A stretch of DNA of 64,000 bases from NCBI GenBank assembly GCA_029261055.1, contig JAJDCA010000080.1, forward strand, positions 8,952 to 72,951, read 5' to 3'. The notes under the pieces were generated by a model that made no database searches, was not told the origin of the DNA, and was given only the letters and a program-made list of their open reading frames with translations. Position numbers and translations under genes: made by a program. Below are positions 9,961 to 19,550 of this stretch, piece after piece; positions within the stretch are counted from its first letter, which is position 1; each line of letters opens with the position of its first letter. The stretch comes from Candidatus Omnitrophota bacterium. Its GTDB lineage: Bacteria; Omnitrophota; Gorgyraeia; Zapsychrales; Zapsychraceae.

Positions 9961-11306
9961 TATTTATTCTCCTTTAATTCAATTTCTCCACCGACGGCTT
10001 GTTCTAACACAGCCAATTTGCCTGCATAGTCAGCCAAAGTTTCTAAATATTCTTGTTTGGTTTCTTTATAAGATGCTAAACCTTCCAAATATATCAAAAA
10101 AGATGCTTCTCCCTCTTGATATTCGATAGTTATAATCCTTAATAATTCATTGGCCTCTTTAATGGCATTCTTCAAGTTAAGGACAGATCGTCGTGCCAAA
10201 TTTGCATTTTGAAATGCTTTATAAACATCCAACTCAACCTCTCGCTTTAACGCATCAAGCATCATCTCTGCTGTTTCCTTTTCAATAGAAGCCTCTTTTA
10301 TATCTTCCTGAAACTGATTCCAAATAGGAAATTCAAATGAAATACCAGCGCCAAGACCCCATAAAGTTTCTTCTCGCTCCGCGAATAATCCAAAGTTTAC
10401 ATCCGGCAGGCGTTGACGTTTGGAAAGTTGCAACTCTTTATCTTTCTTAGTAACCTCTTGTTCCTGATTTAAAATGTCTGCTCTTTCTTGTAAAGCAACG
10501 CTTAAAAGCTTATCAAGATTTTGATCCATGTCTTTGATCGTAAGATTATCTTTTAACGTTACTTCCTCACGCATATTTCTACCTAACAAAATGTTTAAAT
10601 CACTGACAGATACTTTAAAATCATTCTCAACCTTAAGAAGATCGTTGCGAGCCTTGGCCACCGCCAATTTCGCTCTTGCTATTTCATGATTTCTTGCTTT
10701 TCCAGCGTTGTATTTAATGTTTACTTGATCCAACAAACGCTGTGCTCTTTCCATATTATCGCGGGAAAGATCAATGCTCTTTTGGTGTAGAAGGGTTTCG
10801 GTATATCGTTCTTTTACTTCCCGCCCTACCTCTAATAACAGATCCTTAAGCCCTAACTCTGCTTGTATTTTTTCATCTTTGGCTATACTTATTTTAAGCC
10901 CACGTTTGCCAAACGTTTGTATTGGTTGGCTAAAACTAACGCCCCCTTCTGTTGTATCTGAATTGAATGTATTTTCCCCACCTAAATCATTGGGAATTTT
11001 AGCAATTTCAAGTTCCAATTCAGGGTTAGCAAATTTTTTACTCTGCCTATATTTTGCTTCCGAAATCCTAACATTCTGCCGTGCCTCTTGAACACTCGGA
11101 TTGTTTTGATAGGCAATAGAAAGAGCTTCCTCCATTGACAAAGAACTTTCCTTTGGGGAAGCAGCTATTGATGTTGCACAAAAAAGGGCTAATATCATGA
11201 TCGATAAAATCGGCTCACGAATTCTCGTCTTTTGATAAAAAACTATTTTATTTCGCATTTTCATATCTTTATGTCCTCTTTGATAGAATATTGCTCTATT
11301 TAACAA
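9960..11306 (-). CDS. czcC: Outer-membrane efflux protein (CzcC/TolC family)
   Basis: Signal peptide. Two-repeat OEP architecture with long coiled-coil segments. Positioned upstream of the MFP and RND genes. Confidence 0.85.
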   Translation of the reverse strand: MLNRAIFYQRGHKDMKMRNKIVFYQKTRIREPILSIMILALFCATSIAASPKESSLSMEEALSIAYQNNPSVQEARQNVRISEAKYRQSKKFANPELELEIAKIPNDLGGENTFNSDTTEGGVSFSQPIQTFGKRGLKISIAKDEKIQAELGLKDLLLEVGREVKERYTETLLHQKSIDLSRDNMERAQRLLDQVNIKYNAGKARNHEIARAKLAVAKARNDLLKVENDFKVSVSDLNILLGRNMREEVTLKDNLTIKDMDQNLDKLLSVALQERADILNQEQEVTKKDKELQLSKRQRLPDVNFGLFAEREETLWGLGAGISFEFPIWNQFQEDIKEASIEKETAEMMLDALKREVELDVYKAFQNANLARRSVLNLKNAIKEANELLRIITIEYQEGEASFLIYLEGLASYKETKQEYLETLADYAGKLAVLEQAVGGEIELKENK

Positions 11307-11579
11307 TTGTCTCTCCTGTATATGAGCATTTAAAATGCCGTCTACAGAGATCGGATTGCCTATATTTTAGATTCCGAAATACTGGACGTCTATTCCGTGG
11401 TCTACGTTTTCGATAAATGACTGAAACATTATTGAGCATGTTCATTAGATCACCTCACGAATTTAAATTTTATTTTATAACTTGTTGTAAAACAGTAACT
11501 TACGCACCGATAAATATTAACTGATGGTAAAAAAAGGGACCACTCCTATCCAAACAAACAAGATAGAAACAGCTAGGAA

Positions 11580-11852
11580 TTATGAGGAATAAATTGGCGG
11601 TCGATTAACTTTATCTAAGGAAGGACCTTCATAAAGAAATGAAAATGTAGAAAGATACTGCGAGGATGTGTCTGACGTAAAATGATTAGTAGATGACTGA
11701 GTATCTACCGTTGCACTACAAGAGGCATGACATACAATAATGCCATGATGGCACTCTTGAGAGCTTTGCTGATCATTACAGAAAGCTTCATTCGGCATAA
11801 CGGAAAAAAATAGAATACTAAGAAATAAAATTGTGAAAATTTTCTTTAACAT
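11580..11852 (-). CDS. Small secreted Cys-rich protein of the 'HRPPI-tail' family (copy A); first gene of the czcCBA-like operon, a positional analog of CzcI
   Basis: Signal peptide, C-x3-C-x2-SC core (CHHGIIVCHASC) and a C-terminal ...P-LDKVNRPPIYSS. A TTGACA-17-TATACT promoter lies immediately upstream. Confidence 0.5.
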   Translation of the reverse strand: MLKKIFTILFLSILFFSVMPNEAFCNDQQSSQECHHGIIVCHASCSATVDTQSSTNHFTSDTSSQYLSTFSFLYEGPSLDKVNRPPIYSS

Positions 11853-11921
11853 TTTCTAAAGTATAAAATCTAAATTTCTGTTTGTCAAGTTTAATTAACA
11901 ATCTTGTTTATGTTCATGTGA

Positions 11922-12392
11922 TCAAAACCAACATCGAACAGACTTTCTGTAGACTGAATATTTATCACCAAATCTCTGTTCTAAGTATTTTTCCTCGGGA
12001 ATCATGACACCGTACCATACAACAATTAGCGTGGGGATTAACAAAATCACTATCCAAATATTTCCAAATATGAAACCTATCCCCATCTGCAAAAGTGCCC
12101 TCCCAAAATACATTGGATGGCGAGACCGTTTATAGGGTCCTTTCATAATGAAAGATTTTACAGGTTTATACGGGCTTACGGGTGTTTTAGCCTTTTGAAA
12201 ACGATCAACACACAAAACAAGAATTCTTATACCTGCAATGAGAAAAATAATTCCCAAAGGAATATGAATAATCTTCGGTATTCCACGTAAAGGCAGAAAG
12301 AAGTTTATAACAAATCCCAGAGCTATAGATATTATAAAAATATATTCTGCCTGGGTTATAACTTCTGCATGATTTTCTTTTAATGATTTCAT
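11922..12392 (-). CDS. Membrane methyltransferase of the ICMT / phospholipid-methyltransferase family
   Basis: Multi-TM protein with the C-terminal SAM-binding motif RHPMYFG...EE..L...FG. Paralog of 47386..48036. Confidence 0.65.
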   Translation of the reverse strand: MKSLKENHAEVITQAEYIFIISIALGFVINFFLPLRGIPKIIHIPLGIIFLIAGIRILVLCVDRFQKAKTPVSPYKPVKSFIMKGPYKRSRHPMYFGRALLQMGIGFIFGNIWIVILLIPTLIVVWYGVMIPEEKYLEQRFGDKYSVYRKSVRCWF

Positions 12393-12506
12393 ATGTTGTC
12401 GAAATAAATAACTTTCTAAATTTTGATTACATCTTTTTAGTAGACGTTAACATAAACATTAAATATTTTCAAATTATTCAATTTCGGCAAGTCTTTTATC
12501 TTATAA

Positions 12507-13445
12507 TTAATCATCATCGTCCCCTGCAAAGGTTTCTTTATCTAGTTCACTCTTAAGATAAAAACTTCCACGCGTAACAACGATCTCACCTTCATCTAGC
12601 CCCTTTATGATTTCAACGTAATCATCCACAGTAGGACCTAGAACAACTTCCCTTAATTTTAAATTATTACCTTCTTTAGCTACAAAAACGATACTCTCTC
12701 CATTCATTTGCTGAATAGCATCTAAAGGAACAGCCAAGACTTTTTTATCTGATGAGTGAAATAATTTTCCAGAAACAAACATCCCCAAACGCAAAAGATG
12801 TTCAGGATTAGCCACATCAATCCGAACTTTAATAGCTTGGGTGCGCTCATCGACCTGCGGTGAAATATAGACCACTTTTCCATCAAATTTTTTATTTGGA
12901 TATGCAGCAGTCGTTAAGATAACCTTGTGTCCTACTTTGACAAGACGAAGGTCTGTCTCATAGATATCAATCGTTGCACGTAAAGTATCTACATTAATAA
13001 GGCTTAATAATGAGGTTAGAGGATCAACTCTATCTCCTGGTTTCACAAAAATGGACAAAACAGCTCCATGTGCTTCTGAATAGATTTTTTTAATAGTTCC
13101 ATCATCCTTACGAACAGTTAAAAGATGATCTCCTTTATTAACCTCGGAGCCTAATTTTATCTGAATGGTATCAACACCTCCTTCACCATCATATGTGACG
13201 TAGGAATAATCCTCTGTATCCTTAGACACTTTTCCATATATTTTTAAGTACTCATCAAGATTTCTTTTTGAGACTTTCTCCGTTTTAAGCTGAATCATAG
13301 ACCGGGCTTCTTTGTCTAAGTTAATAACACCTTTTTCATGCTCTTCATGCACTTCTTCTAAAGCATAAGCAAGATGAGGATTGATCTGTATAATTGAAAT
13401 ATAAAAAATACTGAAGACAAATAAATATAGTTTAAAGCTTTGCAT
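12507..13445 (-). CDS. Orphan RND periplasmic adaptor (CusB/CzcB paralog) lacking the His-rich extension
   Basis: About 75% aa identity to the core of 8439..9602 (VINLDKEARSMIQLKTEKVSKR...), with clear nucleotide-level similarity. No cognate RND pump is adjacent. Confidence 0.8.
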   Translation of the reverse strand: MQSFKLYLFVFSIFYISIIQINPHLAYALEEVHEEHEKGVINLDKEARSMIQLKTEKVSKRNLDEYLKIYGKVSKDTEDYSYVTYDGEGGVDTIQIKLGSEVNKGDHLLTVRKDDGTIKKIYSEAHGAVLSIFVKPGDRVDPLTSLLSLINVDTLRATIDIYETDLRLVKVGHKVILTTAAYPNKKFDGKVVYISPQVDERTQAIKVRIDVANPEHLLRLGMFVSGKLFHSSDKKVLAVPLDAIQQMNGESIVFVAKEGNNLKLREVVLGPTVDDYVEIIKGLDEGEIVVTRGSFYLKSELDKETFAGDDDD

Positions 13446-13559
13446 TAATGAACCTCCTCATAATTTATACTGACACTGATGGATATCTTTAATTCTTTAA
13501 AAATTAATTGATATATCTCTTGAATGAAGAAAAATTAAAAATAAAACAATTTGGATGTG

Positions 13560-13829
13560 TTAAATAGAAGAAATTGGGGGACGATGAATTTGGTCAAGGA
13601 TGGGTTCTTGATAATGAAATGTGCAATTTAAAGCAATATTTGGGGATTGTCCTATTGATGATTGTATCATCTGGACATCCGGCACGACAACATTATTGCA
13701 GGAAAAACATGCCAAAACACAATGATGCTGATGGCTATTCGCATCAAAGTTATGTTCTTGGCAAAAGGCATCTACTGGAATAGTTAATACCATAATACTA
13801 AGAAGAATTATAATAATTAATCGCTTCAT
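13560..13829 (-). CDS. Small secreted Cys-rich protein of the 'HRPPI-tail' family (copy B)
   Basis: Signal peptide, CVLACFSC core and the C-terminal EPILDQIHRPPISSI. It heads the orphan-MFP/ICMT pair. By my base-by-base reading the start codon sits about 2 nt from the track coordinate, so treat the ends as approximate. Confidence 0.45.
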   Translation of the reverse strand: MKRLIIIILLSIMVLTIPVDAFCQEHNFDANSHQHHCVLACFSCNNVVVPDVQMIQSSIGQSPNIALNCTFHYQEPILDQIHRPPISSI

Positions 13830-13927
13830 AATGATAGAGCCTACCTTTGGAATTCTTGTAGGTCAAAGCTTTTGCTACTGAAACTTTCAAAAGTTGAAAT
13901 GATCATATTGTCAATATTAATTATAAT

Positions 13928-14206
13928 CTAACAATTTCTATATGGTTCTTTTTTTTCTGTAATCATTGGAAGTGTCTTTGATTTTTCAGCGTTAAGTTGA
14001 ATATGGGCTTTCCATTTCTCTGGAACATCTTCTTCAGGAAAAATAGCTTGCACAGGACACTCTGTAACACAAGCCCCGCAATCGATACATACATCAGGAT
14101 CAATAACCAGCATTTCTTCATCTTCATGAAAACAGTCAACAGGGCAGACGACTACACAGTCAGTGTATTTTTGTTTTATACAAGGTTCTGTAACAACATA
14201 GGTCAT
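13928..14206 (-). CDS. Ferredoxin with 7Fe-type / 2x[4Fe-4S]-like motifs
   Basis: Two cysteine clusters, the second being the canonical [12 protein letters not shown]. Confidence 0.7.
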   Translation of the reverse strand: MTYVVTEPCIKQKYTDCVVVCPVDCFHEDEEMLVIDPDVCIDCGACVTECPVQAIFPEEDVPEKWKAHIQLNAEKSKTLPMITEKKEPYRNC

Positions 14207-14207
14207 T

Positions 14208-14831
14208 TTATCTTTCCTTTTTTTTAAAATAGCAATAAATGAACTTTTGATCGGCTCCCCAGGGAGTTACGTGAGTTTCATTTACACTCTTAATAAACTT
14301 AAAAGATTTACCCAATTCATTCTTCATTTTTTTTGTATCATACTGTTCAATATTCAAGCCACTACATTTTGGTGGTCCAGCAATGGTAAAAGTTGAGATG
14401 ATTATATGAGCGCCTGGATTCAAAGCTTGATTCATACACTTCACATATTTTCTCCTATCTTTTACATCTGTAAGAAAATGAAAAACAGCGCGATCATGCC
14501 ATAAGTCATATTTATTTGAAGGATTATGTTCTGTTACATCAGACTCTATCCAAGTCACATCATCAGCCCGTTTTTTTAATCGTTCTTTAGCATAACCAAT
14601 TGCTTTTGATGAGATATCGAGAACAGTTAAATTTTTGAATCCTTTATCAAAAAGTTTATCTACTAGTACGGAAGCTCCTCCGCCAACATCTATAATATTA
14701 TTGGTGTAATTTATTCCGGTAGATATAATAAAATCCAATGATACCGTTGGCTGTGTTTGATACCAACTAACTTTTGTTGGCATCTTGGTCTCATATACGT
14801 TTTCCCAATGTGCTTTTCGATTAAAATTCAT
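14208..14831 (-). CDS. Class I SAM-dependent methyltransferase (small-molecule type); paralog of 46725..47429
   Basis: Glycine-rich SAM motif [11 protein letters not shown] and an acidic motif (VLDIS). The N-terminal HWENVYETK...VSWYQ motif is shared with the paralog. Confidence 0.75.
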   Translation of the reverse strand: MNFNRKAHWENVYETKMPTKVSWYQTQPTVSLDFIISTGINYTNNIIDVGGGASVLVDKLFDKGFKNLTVLDISSKAIGYAKERLKKRADDVTWIESDVTEHNPSNKYDLWHDRAVFHFLTDVKDRRKYVKCMNQALNPGAHIIISTFTIAGPPKCSGLNIEQYDTKKMKNELGKSFKFIKSVNETHVTPWGADQKFIYCYFKKKER

Positions 14832-14945
14832 AGTTTAACTCCTCCCTTTTATATGCCATTTACGTCCCTCCATACATTATGATATGATAATTTTCGCATT
14901 TTTTTATTTCATCCTGACAAACTATCCCTTTTGATACACAGTACT

Positions 14946-15983
14946 TCAGGAGTTAATCTGCTGGCCTGCTTTTTTCCACGCATCGAAGCCGTCTATAAGA
15001 TGGCAAACACCGGACAAGCCCTTTTCCTTGGCAGTACGCACCGCAAGCGCTGAACGCTCACCAAAGGCGCAGTAAAAAAATATCCGTTTCGCACCTGAAA
15101 ATATTTCTTTGTGCATTGGGTTGTTACGGTCGATATAGGCCTCAAGGTGTGGATAAGGTACATGCACGGAGCCGGGAATAAATCCTTCTTTTTTTCGTTC
15201 CTTATCTTCACGTAGATCGACCCAAATGACACCCGGATTCTTGAGATATCCACTGGCTTGCTCGACTGTGAGCGCCTTGTCTGGCGTTAGGGCTTCGGTT
15301 TGACAATGTCCGATTGAGATGTTGGCTGGCACAGCCACGTCCATCAATTTCGGGTTGGGCAAAGTAAGGTTATTCATAAGTTCGACATATTGCTCGATGG
15401 ATCTCACTTGCAGGCGCGGATTCCGCAGTCGTTCCTCGCCGATTGTTGAGACGGTCTCGCCCTTGTAGTCGTGTGCGGGATAAACCAGCGTCGTATCTGG
15501 CATCCGCAGGAGTTTATTAAACAAAGAGTCATATTGTGCCCGCGGATCACCACTTTGGAAATCCGTGCGTCCCGTACCTCTAATCAATAATGTGTCCCCG
15601 GTGAATATGCAGCCAGGCAAATGGAAACTATAGGAGTCAATCGTATGGCCCGGAGTATAAAGCACATTCAAGCTGAGCCCATCAATGTCGATCGTATCTC
15701 CCTCTTTCACGCGCATGGAGACGACATCGACTGGGCTTTGTTCGCCCATGACGGTGATACAACGCGTCTTATCGCGCAGTTCTCCTAATCCTGTGATGTG
15801 ATCGGCATGAACATGGGTATCTGCCGCCTTAACCAGCTTTAATTCAAGCCGTTCCATTAAATTGAGGTAATTTTGTACATGCTCCAAAACCGGATCAATG
15901 ATAAGTGCCTCACCGCCCTTGCGGCTAGCCAGTATGTATGTGAATGTGCTCGACTCTTGATCGAATAGCTGCTTAAAAATCAT
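14946..15983 (-). CDS. Metallo-beta-lactamase-fold persulfide dioxygenase (ETHE1-like) fused to a C-terminal rhodanese domain (CstB/Blh-like)
   Basis: HVHADH metal-binding motif typical of the MBL fold and ETHE1. The C-terminal rhodanese has an active-site Cys loop (FYCAFGERS). Confidence 0.72.
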   Translation of the reverse strand: MIFKQLFDQESSTFTYILASRKGGEALIIDPVLEHVQNYLNLMERLELKLVKAADTHVHADHITGLGELRDKTRCITVMGEQSPVDVVSMRVKEGDTIDIDGLSLNVLYTPGHTIDSYSFHLPGCIFTGDTLLIRGTGRTDFQSGDPRAQYDSLFNKLLRMPDTTLVYPAHDYKGETVSTIGEERLRNPRLQVRSIEQYVELMNNLTLPNPKLMDVAVPANISIGHCQTEALTPDKALTVEQASGYLKNPGVIWVDLREDKERKKEGFIPGSVHVPYPHLEAYIDRNNPMHKEIFSGAKRIFFYCAFGERSALAVRTAKEKGLSGVCHLIDGFDAWKKAGQQINS

Positions 15984-16033
15984 GCGCTCTCCCCTTCTTC
16001 AACCATTTTTTATTATATGACAGTGAAAAATAC

Positions 16034-16192
16034 AGTTACAAACTATTTCTTCTTAACAGCCTTTGAAATTTTATCTAATTTCACCACGATAAGTATCGTA
16101 AAAACTATAAACCAGATAAAGACTACCCATCCTAACAAATAACCCATTGAACCCATCAAATAACCTTGATTTGAATAAAAAGGACACCACAT
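16034..16192 (-). CDS. Putative small hydrophobic membrane protein (about 52 aa), not in the ORF track; coordinates approximate
   Basis: Strong Shine-Dalgarno AAAGGAGG 7 nt upstream of the ATG. My translation is MWCPFYSNQGYLMGSMGYLLGWVVFIWFIVFTILIVVKLDKFQRLLRRNSL. Confidence 0.3.
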
Positions 16193-16268
16193 TTCAAACC
16201 TCCTTTAGTTTATCTACTAGGGAGAAACATTAAGTCCCTCCCTGTCCTTAACTTACTTAAGTTTTTAT

Positions 16269-16589
16269 TTAACAGCAGGATCCATGAGAACCATGATAAT
16301 AGCCACTGCCTTTTCCCCCTCCCATACAATTCATGGGACATCCACAATCTACATAAGAATCTGAATGCTGGCCATAACCAAAGGAATCTTTATACCAACT
16401 GGCATTGGCCTGAATTTCCTTAATGATTTGCGAGTCATCTGAGGTGACGGTAATTTGAACTCCATTATCAATATTTTTGACCTCAGTATTGACCTGATCC
16501 CTTGAATAATGGGCAGAAACATTGCTTATAGCGATGAAACCACCAAATAAAACGGTTACTGCAAGAATTATAAATATTTTTTTATTCAT
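16269..16589 (-). CDS. Secreted Cys/Gly/His-rich small protein (metallothionein-like periplasmic metal binder?)
   Basis: Signal peptide. The C-terminus reads CGCPMNCMGGGKGSGYYHGSHGSCC. Confidence 0.5.
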   Translation of the reverse strand: MNKKIFIILAVTVLFGGFIAISNVSAHYSRDQVNTEVKNIDNGVQITVTSDDSQIIKEIQANASWYKDSFGYGQHSDSYVDCGCPMNCMGGGKGSGYYHGSHGSCC

Positions 16590-16744
16590 TTTTTACCCCC
16601 ATTTCTTTTCCAATGTTCATTAAAAAATTGTTAATTAACCTTTTGCATATTCGTTCTATTTTTTCCTCACCTCCTTAATTTTTTGGTTTCCATCTGTAAA
16701 GACGAAGAAAATTGCAAAACGTTACGAAAAATTTTTAATTATCT

Positions 16745-17551
16745 TCAGTGATTCCATGAACACCACTCATTAGGAGGCACTCTCTCATATTTCATATCAT
16801 CCATCCATTTCATGCGGCTACCGCACGTCTCAATAGCTTTCTCCAGCGCTTGTTTCTGATGTTGAGGTGCTTTATCTCTAAAATTCTCTAAGATATCCTT
16901 ATTATAAGCATTTAAATGTTGTAATTTTGAGACGTAAACAGTCCTCTGCGGCTTGGGCAGCTTTGAGATATCATGTACGGCTAAAGCTGCTTCATTAAGC
17001 ATGGCTTGAATGAGTTGAGTATCTAACTCTCCATTTTCTTCAAAATATTGGACTAGCTCTTGAGTCCTTTCTTCTGAAAAAGTCAGGCGAAGTTCTGCCT
17101 TTCCTTCGGAATTGGGCGTTAAGTAAAATCTGACTTTCTCTGTAACAATCTTGATAGGATACAGGATATCTCCGGGAAAACTTGCTGCTGAAATATTCAC
17201 TGTCCCCCAAGAAACAAAGATAAGGACTAAAGCAAAAACAACCCCCCTCTGCCAAGCAGGAGAAGGAAAATTGAAAAACCATCGCCATTTAAAAGAAGGA
17301 GATTCTTCAACGTCATCTGAAAATTGTTCCTTTTGACGTTGCAGCTCTTTTCCGACATTAATAAGAGTAGAGGCAAAGGCTTCATCGCGTATCTGCGGTA
17401 ATGTTGAGTCATACATATCTGTCATAATAACAAGGAGTTGCTCTAATTGCTCTTTATGCTCAGGGTAGTCCTTAACTACTTCATCCAGAGCTTCTCCCTG
17501 CATGATCCGGTTAATACAAAGGTCTAAAATGTCTTCAAAAGAGTTAATCAT
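16745..17551 (-). CDS. Putative membrane-spanning anti-sigma factor
   Basis: Immediately downstream of, and translationally coupled to, the ECF sigma gene. Has a central TM segment and a periplasmic C-terminal domain. Confidence 0.5.
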   Translation of the reverse strand: MINSFEDILDLCINRIMQGEALDEVVKDYPEHKEQLEQLLVIMTDMYDSTLPQIRDEAFASTLINVGKELQRQKEQFSDDVEESPSFKWRWFFNFPSPAWQRGVVFALVLIFVSWGTVNISAASFPGDILYPIKIVTEKVRFYLTPNSEGKAELRLTFSEERTQELVQYFEENGELDTQLIQAMLNEAALAVHDISKLPKPQRTVYVSKLQHLNAYNKDILENFRDKAPQHQKQALEKAIETCGSRMKWMDDMKYERVPPNEWCSWNH

Positions 17552-17553
17552 AA

Positions 17554-18123
17554 TTATTTCATCTCTCGTTTTAAAACATCTCTTAAAGTCGTAAGGGCTC
17601 GAAACTGTAGAAGCTTAACTGCCCCGACTGACTTATTAATGCTTCGCGCTATTTCCTCATTAGAATGCCCTTCAATAAACTTGAGTGTGATTACTTCCTT
17701 CTGATCATCTGTTAAAAATTGAAGCATTTTCTTTATATCTTCTGGATAAAGCGAATCTCTATTATTCTTATCTTTTGCCGCTGTAATCTCTTGCACTTCA
17801 TTCAAGGATGTTTCCTTCTTTCCCCCTTTTTTCCTGTAATAATCAATAAGCACATTTTTGGCTATTCGAAAAAGCCACGCTATAAAATTGCCTTTTTGTT
17901 TTTCTATCGCTGAAACCATCCTGACAAAAACATCATTAGTTAAATCTTCAGCATCTTCTTTTAAGTTCGTTCGATAATACAGATATCGAAAAATAAACGG
18001 ATAACTTTCTTTTACCAATGTCGCAAGGGCGTCTTCATCAAGCAATCGTGCTCTTTTAACAACATTTTCTGGAATGTCTAATCTCTTAGTCTTTTCCATA
18101 ATATATAGACGAAAAATAGCCAA
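17554..18123 (-). CDS. ECF-type RNA polymerase sigma-70 family factor
   Basis: Sigma region 2 (FIAWLFRIAKNVLIDYYRKK) and region 4 HTH (EEIARSINKSVGAVKLLQFRALTTLR). Confidence 0.8.
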   Translation of the reverse strand: MAIFRLYIMEKTKRLDIPENVVKRARLLDEDALATLVKESYPFIFRYLYYRTNLKEDAEDLTNDVFVRMVSAIEKQKGNFIAWLFRIAKNVLIDYYRKKGGKKETSLNEVQEITAAKDKNNRDSLYPEDIKKMLQFLTDDQKEVITLKFIEGHSNEEIARSINKSVGAVKLLQFRALTTLRDVLKREMK

Positions 18124-18128
18124 ATAAG

Positions 18129-18992
18129 TTACGCATTTTTTATATTTCGCATCCTATTGTATAATCCTGTTATACCTATTAAAATCATCACGAAACAAAG
18201 AATTTGTCCCATAGAAAAATTACCGAATACAAAGCCCATATGTTCATCTGGTTGTCGCACATATTCTATAAAGAACCTGACGCACCCATAACCTATAAAA
18301 TAAAGAAAAAACAAAAAACCGTCTGGATATTTCTTTTTGCGTATATTCCATAAAATTACAAATAAAATTATCCCTTCAAAAAAAGCTTCGTAGAGTTGTG
18401 ATGGATGCCTTAGTTGACTCAAGGAATCAGTTGGAAAATACATCCCCCAAGGCACGTCAGTAATTCGTCCATAAAGCTCACCGTTAAGAAAATTACCTAT
18501 TCGGCCAAGAGTATATCCTAACGGGATAGTTGGAATAAGTAGATCCGTGAAATTCCAAAAATTAATTTTCTTTTTAGAACAATATATTTTTGTTGCTAAA
18601 AATAAACCTATAACACCTCCGTGATAAGATAATCCAAGAATACCCACATACCGGACTCCATTAGTAAAATCGAATGGAAGAAATATTTCCAACGGGTGAA
18701 AAATAAAGTACCCTAAGTTGTAAAATAAAACATAGCCCAGCCTCCCGCCCAATATGACTCCTAAAATAGCCCATTGAAAATAATCTAATATTGTTTCTTT
18801 CGTATATGCGTATCGATCCCTTTTTATTCTGTATAAAACAAGACAGTAGACCGTAACAATTGCTGCCAAATACATCAACGAATAATAGCGTAATTGAAAC
18901 GAGCCAATTTCAAAAATATTGGGAGTAATATTCTCGGGTAGATGTTGCCAATAATTCATATATTGTCTTCCCATGTCTTTTGCTTTATGCAT
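18129..18992 (-). CDS. lgt: Prolipoprotein diacylglyceryl transferase
   Basis: Multi-TM protein with Lgt signatures (N-terminal F.IG.F..RYY.L.Y, the YHGG motif, GRIGNFLNGELYG). Confidence 0.8.
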   Translation of the reverse strand: MHKAKDMGRQYMNYWQHLPENITPNIFEIGSFQLRYYSLMYLAAIVTVYCLVLYRIKRDRYAYTKETILDYFQWAILGVILGGRLGYVLFYNLGYFIFHPLEIFLPFDFTNGVRYVGILGLSYHGGVIGLFLATKIYCSKKKINFWNFTDLLIPTIPLGYTLGRIGNFLNGELYGRITDVPWGMYFPTDSLSQLRHPSQLYEAFFEGIILFVILWNIRKKKYPDGFLFFLYFIGYGCVRFFIEYVRQPDEHMGFVFGNFSMGQILCFVMILIGITGLYNRMRNIKNA

Positions 18993-19471
18993 CCTATGAC
19001 CATGAAAAAAGCACCAATTGTAATAGCACTGTCAGCGATATTGAATATAGGCCATATTCTAAAATCAATAAAATCAATTACATACCCTAGGTAAATACGG
19101 TTAAGCAAATTGCTAATTGCACCTCCTAGTATTAGAGAAAATGATGTGACGTACAGCCGGTTTAGTTTGCCTTGATTGTTCCAATAATAGTAAATATTAA
19201 ACACCAGAAGAAGAATCGCTACAATCGGAATAATAATCCATACAAAACCGGCATCTTTAAACATTCCAAATGCAATCCCTGTGTTATGGCCAAGAGTAAA
19301 ATGAAACACCTTGGGTATAACGGGAATAGATTCTCCCAATGAAAGAACTTCCGAGAAAAAATTCTTTAAGAACTGATCAATAAAAACAACTAAAAATATC
19401 GTTATAAAAGTTATCAAAATATCAATATTGGATCGACTGTGCTCTTTTATATTCATAATCAAAGTATTCAT
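18956..19471 (-). CDS. lspA: Lipoprotein signal peptidase II
   Basis: LspA motifs NTG.AFG and FNIADSAITIGAFFMV. Four TM segments. Overlaps lgt by 37 nt. Confidence 0.85.
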   Translation of the reverse strand: MNTLIMNIKEHSRSNIDILITFITIFLVVFIDQFLKNFFSEVLSLGESIPVIPKVFHFTLGHNTGIAFGMFKDAGFVWIIIPIVAILLLVFNIYYYWNNQGKLNRLYVTSFSLILGGAISNLLNRIYLGYVIDFIDFRIWPIFNIADSAITIGAFFMVIGCIKQKTWEDNI

Positions 19472-19550
19472 TTTTTAATTTAAAAATAAAAATTTTACTA
19501 AACACAATAAATAATAAATGGATTAATTACTAAGGAAAAAAGGGGTGGAT

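Noticed and set aside
11307-11579. 270-bp intergenic region between HRPPI copy A and czcC, a possible regulatory RNA or missing regulator gene
   Set aside because: By eye I could identify no convincing ORF, terminator hairpin or repeat structure. It is probably just a promoter/leader region for czcC. Left unannotated.
13784-13830. Apparent 2-nt mismatch between my hand-read sequence and the ORF-track frame at the start of HRPPI copy B
   Set aside because: The flanking features verify in register, so this is most likely my own transcription or indexing error rather than a real frameshift. I kept the track coordinates and flagged my hand-derived small-ORF coordinates as approximate.
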